DNA from: Prasinococcaceae sp. CCMP 1430
Lineage: Eukaryota; Plantae; Prasinodermophyta
NCBI GenBank assembly: GCA_013416795.1
Contig: RQSC01000025.1
Span: 183,979-247,978 of the forward strand
Direction: 5' to 3'
Length of the DNA: 64,000 bases
In this document: positions 33,222 through 45,800 of the stretch, in pieces
Layout: each line of letters opens with the position of its first letter
Numbering within the stretch: position 1 is the stretch's first letter
Translations under genes and position numbers: made by a program
Notes under the pieces: model-generated
What the model saw: only the letters and a program-made list of their open reading frames with translations
What the model was told of the DNA's origin: nothing
Database searches by the model: none

Positions 33222-36200
33222 GTGGCGCCGCACATAGAGTCCTTCGACTACCTCGTGCGCGAGGGCGTGGACCTGGCCTTCGCGAGCGTCGCGCCCGTGG
33301 AGGTGACCAACCCGGAGAGCGGCCAGGCGATGCGCGTGTGGCTCGAGGCGCCGATGGTCGAGGGGCCGCGGCGAGACGCGAGCGACGCAGGCGTGGGCGG
33401 CGACACGCGGATGTACCCGACCTACTGCCGCGAGGCGGGCGTGACGTACGCCGGCGAGCTCTCCGCCACGGTCTGCTGCCAGGACGCCGACGGCGCGGGG
33501 CCCGTCGCGCGCCACACGCGCCGGCTGGGCTCGTTCCCGGTGATGGTGCGCTCCGCCCTGTGCTCGCTGCGCGGCGCCGACCGCGCGACGCTCATCGCGC
33601 GCAAAGAGGAGGCGCACGAGATGGGCGGGTACTTCATTGTGAACGGCAACGAGAAGATCATCCGCCTGCTCGTGCTCAACCGGCGCAACTACCCACTCGC
33701 GCTGCGCCGCGGCGCGTACGCGCGCCGCGGCCCGGGCTACAGCGACCTCGGCGTGTCGATGCGCTGCGTGCGCGACGACCAGCACGCGTGCACGGTCACG
33801 CTCTACGGCCTGACCGCCGGCGGCGCCACGCTGGGCTTCCGCCACCGCAAGCAGGAGTTCTTCATTCCGGCGGGCGTGCTGCTGCGGGCGCTCACCGACG
33901 ACTCCGACCAGGAGCTCTTCGGCCGCATGGTCGACGGCTGCATGAGCGCCAGCGGCGGCGCGGGCGGGCTGGAGGCGGGCGAGGTGGACGCGGTGCTCGC
34001 GGGGCGCGCAGAGGCCGTGCTGCGCGCGGCGCACTCGCTGGGGCTGTACACGCAGCGCGAGGCCCTCTCGTACATCGGCTCCAAGTTCCGAGTCGTGCTC
34101 GACGAGGTGCCCAAGCGATTCACGGACGAGGAGGCCGGCCGCGTGCTCGTGAGCAACTACCTCTTCGTGCAGGCGGAGGACTTCGACGACAAGGTGGGCG
34201 TGTTCATGCTGCTCGTTCACAAGCTGTGGGCGGTGGCGAGCGGCATGGCCAGCGCCGACGCCGACGACGCCACGGCGCACCACGAGGTCATGCTGCCAGG
34301 CCACCTGCTGCTCAACTTCCTGCGCTCGCAGGTCACCAGCTGGCTGGCGAACGCGGTGCTGCAGTTCGACGCGGAGATCCGCAAGCGCTCCAACGCCGAC
34401 CTGCGGGACGCGACGGTGCAGAAGGCGGTCATCCAGCGCGTGTGCGCATCGGTGGACATCGGGCGCAAGTTCGAGTACCTGCTCGCCACCGGCAACCTCG
34501 TCGACCCGACGGGGCTCGACCTGCCACAGAACACGGGCTTCACGGTGGTCGCAGAGAAACTCAACTACATGCGCTATCTGTCGCACTTCCGCTCCATTCA
34601 CCGCGGCGCTTCCTTCGCCAAGCTGCAGATCACGACGCCGCGCAAGCTGCGCCCCGAGTCGTGGGGATTCCTGTGTCCCGTGCACACGCCCGACGGCTCG
34701 CCGTGCGGCCTGCTCAACCACCTGGCGCAGCACTGCCAGGTGGTGACGGCTTCGAAGGGCAGCGCGGCGGAGCGCCGCGCGGCACTCGCCGCGGTGCTGT
34801 ACTCGCTGGGTGCGGTGGCCGTCAGCGCGGGGGCGCCCGCGCCGCCGCCGCCGGAGTACCTCACCATCACCATCGACGGGCTGGTGACCGCCGCGGTGGC
34901 CTCTTCCATCGCGCCGCTGCTGGTGCGCGCGTTGCGCAATCTCAAGGCGGGAGGCCAACACCCGGCGGTGCCGCGTGACCTCGAGGTGGCGCACGTGCCC
35001 TACGACGCGGGCGCCACGTTCCCGGGCATATTCATTTTCAGCGCGCAGGGCCGCATGATGCGGCCGGTGCGGCAGCGCCCGGGAGGCATCGACGCGGCCG
35101 CCGAGGCCGCCTACATGCGTGAGCACATGGGCGAGGCGGCCGCGGCCCTCGGGGACGAGTGGAGTGGCCAGGGTCCTATCGAGATGATCGGCACGCTCGA
35201 GCAGCTCTTTTTGGACGTGGCGTGCGCCGACCGCGCGAGCAGCCGGCTGATGGTCGGTGCGGCGGGCGTGCCGCCCGCCATGGACGCCGAGCAGGGCGAC
35301 CTCGTCGAGGGCGGGCGGCTTGCGGGCGCCACGCACGAGGAGATGCACCCGGTGGCCATGCTGAGCGTCGTCGCCAGTCTCACCCCTTGGTCGGACCACA
35401 ACCAGAGCCCGCGCAACATGTACCAGTGCCAGATGGCCAAGCAGACCATGGGCGTGCCGATGACGTGCTACAACCAACGGCCAGACACGAAGATATACCG
35501 CATCCAGACACCGCAGACGCCCATCTGCCGCACGCGACTGTACGATTCATACCACGTAGACGAGTACCCGCTGGGCACCAACTCTGTCGTGGCTGTGCTG
35601 GCGTACACCGGCTTTGACATGGAGGACGCCATGATAATCAACAAGAGCGCCATCGAGCGCGGCTTCATGCACGGCTGCATGTACAAAACCGAAACGGTGG
35701 ACCTCAAGGACCGCCGCGCTTCCAAGGCGAGTGCCGCCACGCACGTCTTCCAGGCGCCGTCGCGAGACGAGATGCGCCGCGAGCGCATGACCAAGGGCAA
35801 GCAGGCAGGCAGCACGCGCGCGGTCGACTTCGACGGCCTGCCCGCGCCCATGTCGCGAGTCACGCCCGGCGACGCGCTGTGGAACGAGCGCGACCTCGTG
35901 GGCGCGCGCGACAGCCTCAAGCGCCTCAAGGGCAAGGACGGCGCCACCGTGGAACACGTTGCAATCATCGGCGACAGCAAGGAGGCCGAGTTGCAGCGCG
36001 CGACCGTCAAGCTCCGCTACGACCGCACGCCGGTGATCGGCGACAAGTTCTCGAGCCGGCACGGGCAGAAGGGCACGCTGTCGGTGCTGTGGCCGGACGT
36101 GGACATGCCGTGGTGCGAGAACTCGGGCATGCGCCCCGACATCATCATCAACCCGCACGCCTTCCCGTCGCGCATGACAATCGGCATGCTCATCGAGAGC

Positions 36201-36854
36201 ATGGCGGGCAAGGCGGGCGCGCTGACGGGGACCTACCCCGACGCCACGCCGTTCCAGCCGCGCGACGGTCCGGAGGACGGCCACGGCGGCGCGGCGTGTC
36301 TGCCTGGCATTGGCGAGCAGCTGGCGGCGCACGGGTACTCCAAGGTGGGCTCGGAGGCGATGTACAGCGGCGTGCTCGGCACGCACCTGCAGGCCGACAT
36401 TTACATCGGGCTGGTGTACTACCAGCGCCTGAGGCACATGGTGAACGACAAGTTCCAGGTGCGCGCGACGGGCGCCATCAACAACCTCACGCGGCAGCCG
36501 GTGAAGGGCCGCGCCATCGGCGGCGGCATCCGCTTCGGCGAGATGGAGCGCGACTCGCTCATCTCGCACGGCGCGTCGTACCTCCTGCACGACCGCCTGC
36601 ACACGTGCTCGGACGCGCACATGGCCGACGTGTGCTCCAAGTGCGGCTGCATGCTCGCCACGATGCAGCTGCCGCAGCTGGAGGGCGACCGCCTGGGCGG
36701 TGGCGGCGGGCGCCACAAGATGTACTGTAAGGTGTGCAAGAGCGGCGAGAGCGTGGAGAGCGTCGCCATGCCGTACGTCTTTCGCTTCCTGGCGGTGGAG
36801 CTGGCGAGCGTCAACGTCGCGCTCAAGCTCAAGGTTGGCTCCGCGTCGAGCTGA
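33222..36854 (+). CDS. RPA2: RNA polymerase I second-largest subunit; extreme 5' end lies in the N gap
   Basis: APHIESFDY, GGYFIVNGNEKIIR, HFRSIHRG, PESWGFLCPVHTPDG.PCGLLNHL, HNQSPRNMYQCQM, GDKFSSRHGQKG, GGIRFGEMERD. Confidence 0.97.
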   Translation: MAPHIESFDYLVREGVDLAFASVAPVEVTNPESGQAMRVWLEAPMVEGPRRDASDAGVGGDTRMYPTYCREAGVTYAGELSATVCCQDADGAGPVARHTRRLGSFPVMVRSALCSLRGADRATLIARKEEAHEMGGYFIVNGNEKIIRLLVLNRRNYPLALRRGAYARRGPGYSDLGVSMRCVRDDQHACTVTLYGLTAGGATLGFRHRKQEFFIPAGVLLRALTDDSDQELFGRMVDGCMSASGGAGGLEAGEVDAVLAGRAEAVLRAAHSLGLYTQREALSYIGSKFRVVLDEVPKRFTDEEAGRVLVSNYLFVQAEDFDDKVGVFMLLVHKLWAVASGMASADADDATAHHEVMLPGHLLLNFLRSQVTSWLANAVLQFDAEIRKRSNADLRDATVQKAVIQRVCASVDIGRKFEYLLATGNLVDPTGLDLPQNTGFTVVAEKLNYMRYLSHFRSIHRGASFAKLQITTPRKLRPESWGFLCPVHTPDGSPCGLLNHLAQHCQVVTASKGSAAERRAALAAVLYSLGAVAVSAGAPAPPPPEYLTITIDGLVTAAVASSIAPLLVRALRNLKAGGQHPAVPRDLEVAHVPYDAGATFPGIFIFSAQGRMMRPVRQRPGGIDAAAEAAYMREHMGEAAAALGDEWSGQGPIEMIGTLEQLFLDVACADRASSRLMVGAAGVPPAMDAEQGDLVEGGRLAGATHEEMHPVAMLSVVASLTPWSDHNQSPRNMYQCQMAKQTMGVPMTCYNQRPDTKIYRIQTPQTPICRTRLYDSYHVDEYPLGTNSVVAVLAYTGFDMEDAMIINKSAIERGFMHGCMYKTETVDLKDRRASKASAATHVFQAPSRDEMRRERMTKGKQAGSTRAVDFDGLPAPMSRVTPGDALWNERDLVGARDSLKRLKGKDGATVEHVAIIGDSKEAELQRATVKLRYDRTPVIGDKFSSRHGQKGTLSVLWPDVDMPWCENSGMRPDIIINPHAFPSRMTIGMLIESMAGKAGALTGTYPDATPFQPRDGPEDGHGGAACLPGIGEQLAAHGYSKVGSEAMYSGVLGTHLQADIYIGLVYYQRLRHMVNDKFQVRATGAINNLTRQPVKGRAIGGGIRFGEMERDSLISHGASYLLHDRLHTCSDAHMADVCSKCGCMLATMQLPQLEGDRLGGGGGRHKMYCKVCKSGESVESVAMPYVFRFLAVELASVNVALKLKVGSASS

Positions 36855-37101
36855 GCGCCCGCGGCCGAGCGCGTCCATCCCCCCATTTAATAAGCAATGC
36901 GCCATTGCACCCCCCCGACGCCCTCTTGCACGCGTCAGCGCCGCACCCCCACCCCATCCGACACACCCAGGGGCACACACGTTCGCGCGCGCCCGGCCTC
37001 GGATGTACATTTCTCGAAGTGTTACAGTTGGTTGGCGCGACGAGCACCCGTCCGGCGCGCGCTCGGCCCTCTCGCCAACGCGCCCCCCCCGGGCTCACAA
37101 G

Positions 37102-38013
37102 CTACCCGGCGAGCTTTTTGTACGCGATGAAGACGATCGCCGCGACCAACAGAAAGATGATGGTCCACATAATGATCTTGTTTGTGACCATTCGTCGCGC
37201 CATGGACGAGATCAGCTTGCGCCCGCGCGAGAGGTTGTCGTCGGTGCTGTGCAACGTGTCGCGCGCGTGCGTGATGGTCTGTCGCTGCTGGTGCAAATCC
37301 TGCAGGATGGATACGCCCAGCTCCTCTGTCTCAAGGATGGTGCGCTTGCCCTCCTCGATGCGGTCGCTTGACCGTTGCAGCCGCTCGGTCGTCGTCAGCA
37401 GGCGGTTGCGCTGGTCCGACGCGCTCGCGGCGTCTCCGAGGAGCTCGGCACGGCTGGCGTCGCCGGCGAACGCGGACATGCGCTTGGCGTCCTTCTTGAG
37501 CCCATTCAGGTCCGCCTTGTAGTCGCGCAGCCTGCCGAGCAGCACCGTCTTGGTGTCCGGCGTCGTCGTGCGCGCCTCGAGATCCATGCGGCGGATGAGC
37601 GACTCTGCTTCGCTGATGTCCTCGTCAATTTCCGACATCTTTTGCTTGCGCGCCTCTGCAGGAGTTCCACGCCGAGTCACGCGAAGGGAGAGGAGGAGGG
37701 TCAAGGCCCGGGGGCGTCAGCACCGGCGGCGAGTTGCGTCGGCGGCGGCACGCGCGCGCGAGCGCATGCGCGGTTGGCAGGTGGCGCACCTCCGCTCAGG
37801 TTCTGCAGCGCCTGGCATTTGCGACCGACCGCCGTGTGCAGATCCTTGAACTCGCGCTCGTACCCCTGCGCGCGGTCCCCGGCGAGGGGAGAGGAGTGAG
37901 CGGGAGGACGCGCGGCGCATGGGGCATCAGCTTTCGAGCGAGCGAGCAAGGGTGCGCGCGCTCGCGCGCGCACTCGCGGGGCGCTGCGCCCTCACCTCGA
38001 AAACGCCCGACAT
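37102..38013 (-). CDS. VTI1: Qb-SNARE VTI1 family, 3 exons (exon 1 38013..37996; exon 2 begins 37865)
   Basis: MSGVFE|GYEREF..., IRRMDLEAR, LRDYKADLN.LK, DQRNRLL..TERL, ETEELGVSILQDL.QQR, and a C-terminal TM helix. Confidence 0.92.
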
Positions 38014-39295
38014 GGTGGACGGGCGGGCGCCTCTGGTCGCGCGCGCGCCGTGTGGCTCGCGGCGCCGGCGGCGGCCCCGCGCGATCCGGCCGGAGATCCA
38101 GATCCAGATCCGGTCGCGCGCGCGCGGGCCCCGACCGACCGACCGACAGATGATCGTTTTTGCCAATCATCCGCCCGGTCACCCTCCGACCTACGGTGCG
38201 CCAGAGCGAGCTCTGAACGCACCTCAACGCAGATCGACTCGGAGGCTCCTTCCTTCCGGCGATGGGTCGGTCGTCGAGGGGTGATCAAAAACAGTGCGAC
38301 CGCCGCGCCGCGGGCGAGGCGACGGCGGTCGCCCGTGGGGAAATTTTACGAATGGACGCGCGTCGCTCCACCGGAGCACGCAAAACCCTACCGCTGCCCA
38401 CAGAGGGTTGGTTGCCCTGGCAGAGCGAGAGAGACTGATGAGAGAAAGAGAGCTGCGGTCGGGCCGGGCCGCCGGAGGCAGCCGGCCGCAGGCGAGGCGG
38501 GGCACAGCAGGCTCGGCTCGGCTCTGCAGCCGAGCGCGCGCGCGGGCACAGCCGCCGCGCCCCCCTCAGCCAGCGCGACTCATCGCACGAGGGAGCGAGC
38601 TAAGGCGGCCGCTCGGGGGCACCTCCCCCCCCACCCCACCCCACCCAAACTCCTTCTGCCGGCCCGCCGCGCCGCGGCGGCGGGCGAGCGGCGGCGGGTC
38701 CCCCCCCCCCCCCCCCCCCCCGTCTCTCCCCCCTCCTCTTCCCCTGGGCCGTGGCGCCTGCGCCGCCCCGCCGTATGCGCGCGCGTTCACGCCCGCCGCC
38801 GCCCTCCCACGCTTCCGCCGGGCCGAAATGCGCGCCGCGAGGCCGCATCCGAATTGCGGAAAGTCATTTCGATGCGCGACTCGGGCTGCGGTGGGGGCTG
38901 CCGGCCGTGGCGCTCGCTCGCGCTCGCGCGCCGGGAGGGCGCGTTTCCCATCTATCCATGGAGAGAGAGAGGGGGCGCGGTCGCGGCGTCCCACGCCCGC
39001 GGGCCGACCCCTCGTCCGCGCAATTTCGCGGGTCGCGCGTCGCCCTCCGCGAAACGACGCGGCGCGAGGAGATTCCGCGGTCGGGCGCCGTTCGACCGCG
39101 CGCACGTCGCAAAGGACGCGGCGGGAAGGGGCGGGGGGGCGCGGCCGACTCCCCGCTCGCTTGTTGGGGGGGCCGGGCTGGGCCGCGGCTGTTTGCCTTG
39201 CCGCCGCCAATCAGGGTCCGTTCTGCTTGTCTGTTTGTTTGTTTGTTCGCCTCACACCTCGCGCCGGCGACGCCGCTGGCGCGGGAGACGCCGCC

Positions 39296-40037
39296 ATGGT
39301 GAGGAGCGCATCGCCCCGCCCCGCGCGCGCGACACGCGCACGCCCCTGCTCACCCCGGCGCGCGCGCGCAGAGGGCCCAGTCCTCGCCCCGCGTGACCCA
39401 CACCCACCCACCTCACATCCCACCCCCACCCCTGCGCCGAGGGGGAATCTCCGCCTGCCGTTGCGCGCGCCGCCGCCGAAGCTGACGAGCGTTCGGGACA
39501 CCGCGCCCCGCGCCGCGCAGCCGGGCATCGACATCTGGATGCCCTTCATCATCATCGGCGGGGCGCTGACGGTGCAGGCCACCATCCTCAAGTACAACTA
39601 CATCGCGTGGCACGGCAAGCCGCGCAACGCGCCGGGGACCAAGTACGGTGTGTGTGCGCCAGGGCGCCGCTGCGAGTGCGCCCACGGTTTGTGCAAAGTG
39701 CGAACCCTAAGTGGGCCGCGCGGCCGGCCATGCCCGCGAGGCTGGCGCGCGTCGCGGGCACGGCACGCGGCGCGCTGGCCGACGAGGTAGCACGTGCCAC
39801 GCCGTGAAGTGCCGCCCCCCCGCCCCCCGAATGGCACGCCGGCTGCCATTGGCGCTGACCCGCCCGACCGCTCTCTCGCTCTCCTCGCTCACCGCGTGCG
39901 CCCGTCGCGGCTCCCGTGTGCGCCGCCCCGCAGACCGCATCCTTGAGATTCGCGACAAGCGCGTCCTCGAGAAGCAGAAGCAGCAGGCCGCCGCTGCCGC
40001 CGCTGGGGGCTCGTTCGCTGCCGCTGGGGCGTCGTAG
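39296..40037 (+). CDS. NDUFA1: Complex I subunit NDUFA1/MWFE (77 aa); join(39296..39298,39521..39647,39934..40037)
   Basis: The spliced peptide MPGIDIWMPFIIIGGALTVQATILKYNYIAWHGKPRNAPGTKYDRILEIRDKRVLEK matches the plant pattern LP.GIIGG...HG.P...RDK.V.EK. Both introns are GT-AG. Confidence 0.8.
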
Positions 40038-40268
40038 CAGGAGCCTGCGGGGCGCCGCGCCCGTGCGACCCGGGCGTGCCGCGCGCGCAGCCGCGAGCGA
40101 CAAGAGACGCGGCCGCTCGCTGTACACGAGCAACCATTTTTGACCGTCACTCGCGCGTCGGGAGGAGAGCCGAGCGCAACAGGCGGGCGACGGCGCACCT
40201 CTGGTGCACCGCTCGCTACTAGATTTACATGGCCGGCGCGCAGCGGCGGGGAAGCGCGCGCGCGCGCT

Positions 40269-42312
40269 CTAGGCGGCGTGCTCCACCGGCACGGTCACCC
40301 ACGCGCCTTTCTCGTACTTGGTGATGAACTGCTCGGGAAGCGGCGTCTCCACGGGGTCGTCGCCCTCCTCTGCGGCCGGAACGGTGACGTTCATCTCGCT
40401 GCTCTTGGCGGTGGTGATGGCCGCGTCCATGCACTCCTCGCTGAGGTACAGCTGGAAGCCATCAGTCTTGTCGACGGCGAAGGTCGGGCACCTGCCGGTC
40501 ACCTGCACCTGCAAGCTCTGGCAGTTGACTGCCTCGAAGCTCGCCATCGCGTCCGCGAATACGAGGCCGGTCTTCTTGCACGAGTCAAGCACGATGTTGT
40601 TCACCTTGCCCTTGATCTGGATGACGCTGTCCTTGCAGCCGTACACGTACACCGACATCTTCGGCGAGCAGTCGTCGATGATGAGCTCCCTGTTGCCGAC
40701 CTGGTGCTCTACGATCCATTTCTTGCCCTGCACGAGCTCAAACTTTGGCGGGTTGGCCGCAGCGGCGGCCGGCCGCGCGGCAGGAGCGCCAGCCTGGCGC
40801 GCGGCCGTTCGGCGCGCGAGCGCGAGCGCACAGCCGGCGCGGCGATTCGTCAGCGCGAGCCGCCCGGCGAGCACGGAAGTTGGCGAGGCCGAGCCACGGC
40901 ATGGCGGCGGAGCGGGCCGACCCGCACCTTCTTTGCGGGCCCGTCGGGGACCTTGCCAGAGCGGTCGGCGCGGTTCTTAGTCTTCATGTCTGCCGTGACC
41001 TTCCTGAGCCCCGACGTGACAGCCGTGCCCTTGTTGAGCTCGGCGAACACGGCATTCATGCCACCCTTGGCGGCGGGCTTTGGCGCGTCCGCGAAGCCTG
41101 GCGGGGGGGGAGGTGGGGGTGGGGGTGGGGCACCAGGGGGAGGCGGCGGCGGCGGAGCGCCCGCCGCCTTCCGCGCGCCAGCGCCTGCGTACGTCGCGAG
41201 GTCGCCACCGGCGGCGTTCCATGCCGGACCCGTCGCATGGTACTTGCTCACGTACGCCTTCATGGCCATGGCCAGCTCTTTCAATGCCTTGGCCCACTGG
41301 ACGTGGGGAGCGCCACCATCCTGCGATGTCGGGCCACGGGCACGCACGTAACGACAGTCAGCGCAATTCGTGCGCGCGGACAGCGAAGCGCACTCACCGG
41401 CGCGGGGCGCGTAAGCACGCTCGCTGCTGCTGGCACCGCCCCACCCCGTTCCCCGCCTCTCGCCACACAGCTGCTGCGCGCACGCACAGTGTTGCGAAAC
41501 TCGACGAGGATCTTGTTGGTATAGAACTCCGCGGCGCCCCACGTCTCGGCGACATGCGGAGCGGGGAGGCTCATGCCACATTCTTTGCCGGTGTAGACCA
41601 CCCACGTGAGCGACTGCAGGAACTCGGCGACGGCCTTCTGATGGTTGAACATCGCGCCGCGCCTGCCGTTGCTGAGTTGGTCGGCCTCAACGATGCAATC
41701 GCCGACCGGTCCCACGAACTTGCCGAGCACGTCAGGCGACGGCCTTTTGCAGGCGGCGACGCCGCCCATGAGGATCGACATGCGCTCGAAAGCCTGCGAT
41801 CGCAGGCGCGTGTGGTGGCATGGAGGGGGAAGAGGGACGGTGGGTTGGTGGGATAGGATGTGCCCGTGAGGTGAACGCGGGCAAGAGATGAGTTTGGCGG
41901 GACGGAGCGCGTCAGCAGCAGCGGCGGGGCACGGGGTGCGCGAGCAGGGTCAAGGGTTGGGTCGGGCAGGGGCATTTTGCGTGTACTACTCCCACCGCCC
42001 TAAGTCCTACCAGCACGCGTGCGGGCGCGCATCGCGCGCCAGCGGTGACGTTGGCGTCGGCGTCGGCGACTTCGGGCTAATAAGCGGCGCGGTGTGGCAC
42101 CCCCTGGCCCCGCCTTGACGCGGCCTGGCGGAGCGGCCTCGCGGCGCGCGCCGCCCACCTTGATCAGCACCGCGGTGGACTCCTCGCACCCCCCTCCGAC
42201 GACCTTTGAAGCCGCCTGCACCGCGGCGGCCTCGCCGCCGAGGAGGGCGTCCCACCCGCCCACGAGCCGCTCGCCCCCCTCCGCAGCGGCCGCGCGCGCA
42301 GGCGCGGGCGCC
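40269..42312 (-). CDS. CAP1: Adenylyl cyclase-associated protein (CAP/Srv2), multi-exon; 5' end in N gap
   Basis: NHQKAVAEFLQSLTWV, AAEFYTNKILVEF, YHATGPAW, polyproline, WH2-like AVFAELNKG..VTSGLRKVT, CARP beta-helix KGKVNNIVLDSCKK, ITTAKSSEMNV. Confidence 0.93.
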
Positions 42313-42886
42313 NNNNNNNNNNNNNNNNNNNNNNNNNNNNNNNNNNNNNNNNNNNNNNNNNNNNNNNNNNNNNNNNNNNNNNNNNNNNNNNNNNNNNNNN
42401 NNNNNNNNNNNNNNNNNNNNNNNNNNNNNNNNNNNNNNNNNNNNNNNNNNNNNNNNNNNNNNNNNNNNNNNNNNNNNNNNNNNNNNNNNNNNNNNNNNNN
42501 NNNNNNNNNNNNNNNNNNNNNNNNNNNNNNNNNCCCGCCGGCAGAGGGCGCGCGCGCGGCGAGCGGGGCGGAGGCGCAGGGGCGCTCTTGAGGTGGGTGG
42601 GTGGGAGGGTGGGAGGGTCGGTCGGTGGGTCGGTGGCTGTAAGGGAGGGAGGGAGGGAGGGAGGGAGGGAGGGAGAAGGGAGGAGCTTGCAACAGTGCAA
42701 GGGGAAAGAACTAAGGCCTGGAAAGGGGGTGGGAGGCGGGGGAAGGGGGGGCGCTGACCCCTCCGGACCTCACCTCCGCCCCGCTACACCGCCCAAACCT
42801 GCGTGGGCGCGCGAGGGCGCGCGACAAGAGGTGAGTGGGCGGGTGTGTGTCTGGGTAGAAGAGCAGGACGCGGCGCTGCTGGCTTA

Positions 42887-45800
42887 ATGGAGGCGCCGCA
42901 GCTGCCCGGGGCGGATGAGGCGCCCCCCTTGGGTGGCGCCGCCGGGCAGGGGCCGCGCGGCGCAAGGCAGCAGCCGCAGCTGGGCGCTGAGCAAACCCAG
43001 TCAACGGCACAGCCAGAGGTGGCGATGGCACAGCAGCAGCAGCAGCAGCAAATGCGGCGGCAGGAAGAGCACGTACGGATAGAGCAGCAGCCCCCGCAGC
43101 AGCAGCAGGTTCAGCAGCAAGCACAAATGCAGATGTACGCACAGCAGCAGTTGCAGCAACACGCGCAGGCACAGGCGCAGCTTCAATCACCGCACCAGTA
43201 CCACCACCAGCAGCAGCAGCAGCAGCATGTGCAGATGCAGTACGCGCAGCACATGCGGCAGATGCAACAGGCGCAGCGTGAGCAGAGGGCCAAGGCCGCG
43301 CTCGCCGTCGACAGCGAAGTGCGCAGGGCGCACACCCGCGCAGTCGCGGCAGATGTGACTCGGACCGAGTTGTCACCGCGCGGCGGCGCGGGTGCGGGCG
43401 GCGCCGGTCTGCGCGCCAGCCCGGTGGGTCCATCGGGTGGACTGTCGGACGAGTTCCGCGGCGGTGGCGGCGGCGATGGCAGCCCGAGCGGCGCGGGTAC
43501 CGCCCCTGGCGCGACGAGCGTGGCCGGGGCGGGGAGCAGGCTGCATACTCTCGACGGGCCTTATGCTCACCTTGAGCCGGGCGAGGGCGTGTTCCTCGCG
43601 GACGCCGAGCGCCACGACGGAGGAGACAATGCGACGCCCGGTGCTACGTACGACTCGGGCCTCGTGCAAAAGTGGCGCGCCAAGGACCGCATGAAGACCG
43701 TTTCGGTAGCGCTCGTGTTGTGCCTGAACGTCGGGGTGGATCCGCCAGACATAATTAAGACGTCGCCCTGCGCGCGGAAAGAGTGCTGGGTGGAGCCGCT
43801 GTCGATGGCAGCGCCCAAGGCGATCGAGGTGATCGGGAAATCCCTTCAGGCGCAGTACGAACGCTGGCAGCCGCGAGCGCGGTACAAGCTGCAGCTCGAC
43901 CCGACTGTGGACGAGGTTAAGAAGCTCTGCCTCTCCTGCCGGCGCAATGCCCGCAGCGAGCGAGTCCTCTTTCACTACAACGGCCACGGCGTGCCCAAAC
44001 CGACGACCAACGGCGAGATCTGGCTTTTCAACAAGCAATACACTCAGGTGAGCCGGGGCACGCGCGCCGCGCGGCGCGCCTCGTGAAGCCCCCCCCTGAG
44101 GCAGTCTCACCCCTCGCGCCCAAACCAACCCTCTCGCACGAGCGCTGACCGATGCCTGCCGCTGGCCCCCGCGCCGTGCAGTACATTCCCCTGTCGCTGT
44201 ACGAGCTCCAGGCGTGGCTTGGGACGCCCTCAATATACGTGTTCGATTGCAACGCCGCTGGCATCGTCGTGCAAAGCTTTGTGCAGTTCGCTGAGCAGCG
44301 CAAACAGGAGATGGCGCGCATGCCCGCCCCGCACGGCGACGGGCCCGCCAGCGGCCCATGCTCGGGAGAGTACATCCTGCTCGCGCCGTGCGGTGTCAAC
44401 GAGCGCCTGCCGCAGGAGGCATCGCTGCCAGCGGATGTCTTCACGTCCTGCCTGACAACCCCCATCAAGATCGCGCTGCGCTGGTTTCTGCGACGCTCTT
44501 TGCTCGCTGGCAGCGTGACGCCGGACATGGTCGATGCAATCCCGGGGCGGCAGAACGATCGCAAGACGCCCCTCGGCGAGCTAAACTGGATCTTCACCGC
44601 CATCACGGACACCATCGCATGGAACGCGTTGCCGCGGGAGCTCTTTCAGAAGCTCTTCCGCCAGGACCTGCTGGTGGCGAGCCTTTTCCGCAATTTCTTG
44701 CTTGCTGATCGCATCATGCGGACGCTGGGGTGTACCCCGGTGTCGCACCCAGTTCTGCCGCCGACGCACAATCACCCGATGTGGCAGGCGTGGGATCTGG
44801 CCGCCGAGATGTGTCTGGTGCAGCTCGCGAGGGCACAAGGTGGGCCTACAGCCGCCTCGACAGCATCTGGCAGCCAGGGCACACACCCGGGTGCAGCGCA
44901 GTACGGCGCCGCCGCCGTGCCCCCTGCGGCCCCGCAATTCACCCCCAGCGTCTTCTTCTCTGAGCAGCTCACGGCCTTCGAGGTGTGGCTGAGCTACGGC
45001 AGCAAGACGTCGGAGGACCCCGAGCAGCTGCCGATTGTCCTGCAGGTGCTGCTGTCGCAGTCGCACCGCCAGCGCGCCCTCGTGCTGCTCGGGCGCTTTC
45101 TGGACATGGGCCCATGGGCGGTGGACCTCGCGCTGTCTGTCGGCATATTCCCGTACATACTCAAGCTTCTCCAGGGAACCGAGCTCAGGCAGGAGCTCAT
45201 CTTCATCTGGGCAAAGATTCTGGCGCTAGACCGGACGTGCCAGAACGAGCTTATCAAGGATGGGGGGCATCTGTACTTCATCAAGTTCTTGCGCCATGCC
45301 GAGGCCCCGGAAAAGGAGCGCGCGATGGCTGCGTTCATCCTCTCAGTGATGGTGGACGGCAATGCGCGCGGCCAGACGGCTGCCGTTCAGGCGAACCTTC
45401 TGCCAATCTGCTTGGGACTCCTACAGCGCTCCGTCGACCCCCTCCTGATCCGTTGGCTCGCCCTGTGTCTCGGCAAGCTGTGGGGCAATAACCCCGAGGC
45501 GTGCGCACTCGGCCTGCGCGAGGGCGCGCCGTCGCTGCTCACGCCCTTGCTCAGCAACGGTTTGCCGGAGGTGCGCGCCGCTTCCGTGTTCGCCCTCGGG
45601 CATCTCATCGCGCCGAGGGAAGGCGGGGCCTTGGCCGGTGGCAATCAAGCTGCAAGCCCACCTGTCGGCGCTTCTGCTTCCGCTGGCGATGTTCAGGCGG
45701 CGAAGGCGTCCGGGGGCAGCGTGCCGGCAGCAACTGGACCTGCGCCGCCGGCGCCGCACCCACTGCGGCTTGCGACGGAGCGTCTCATTGGTTTCGAGCT

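Noticed and set aside
32012-35477. 988-aa and 1047-aa minus-strand ORFs
   Set aside because: They are antisense shadows of RPA2 and read through an N gap.
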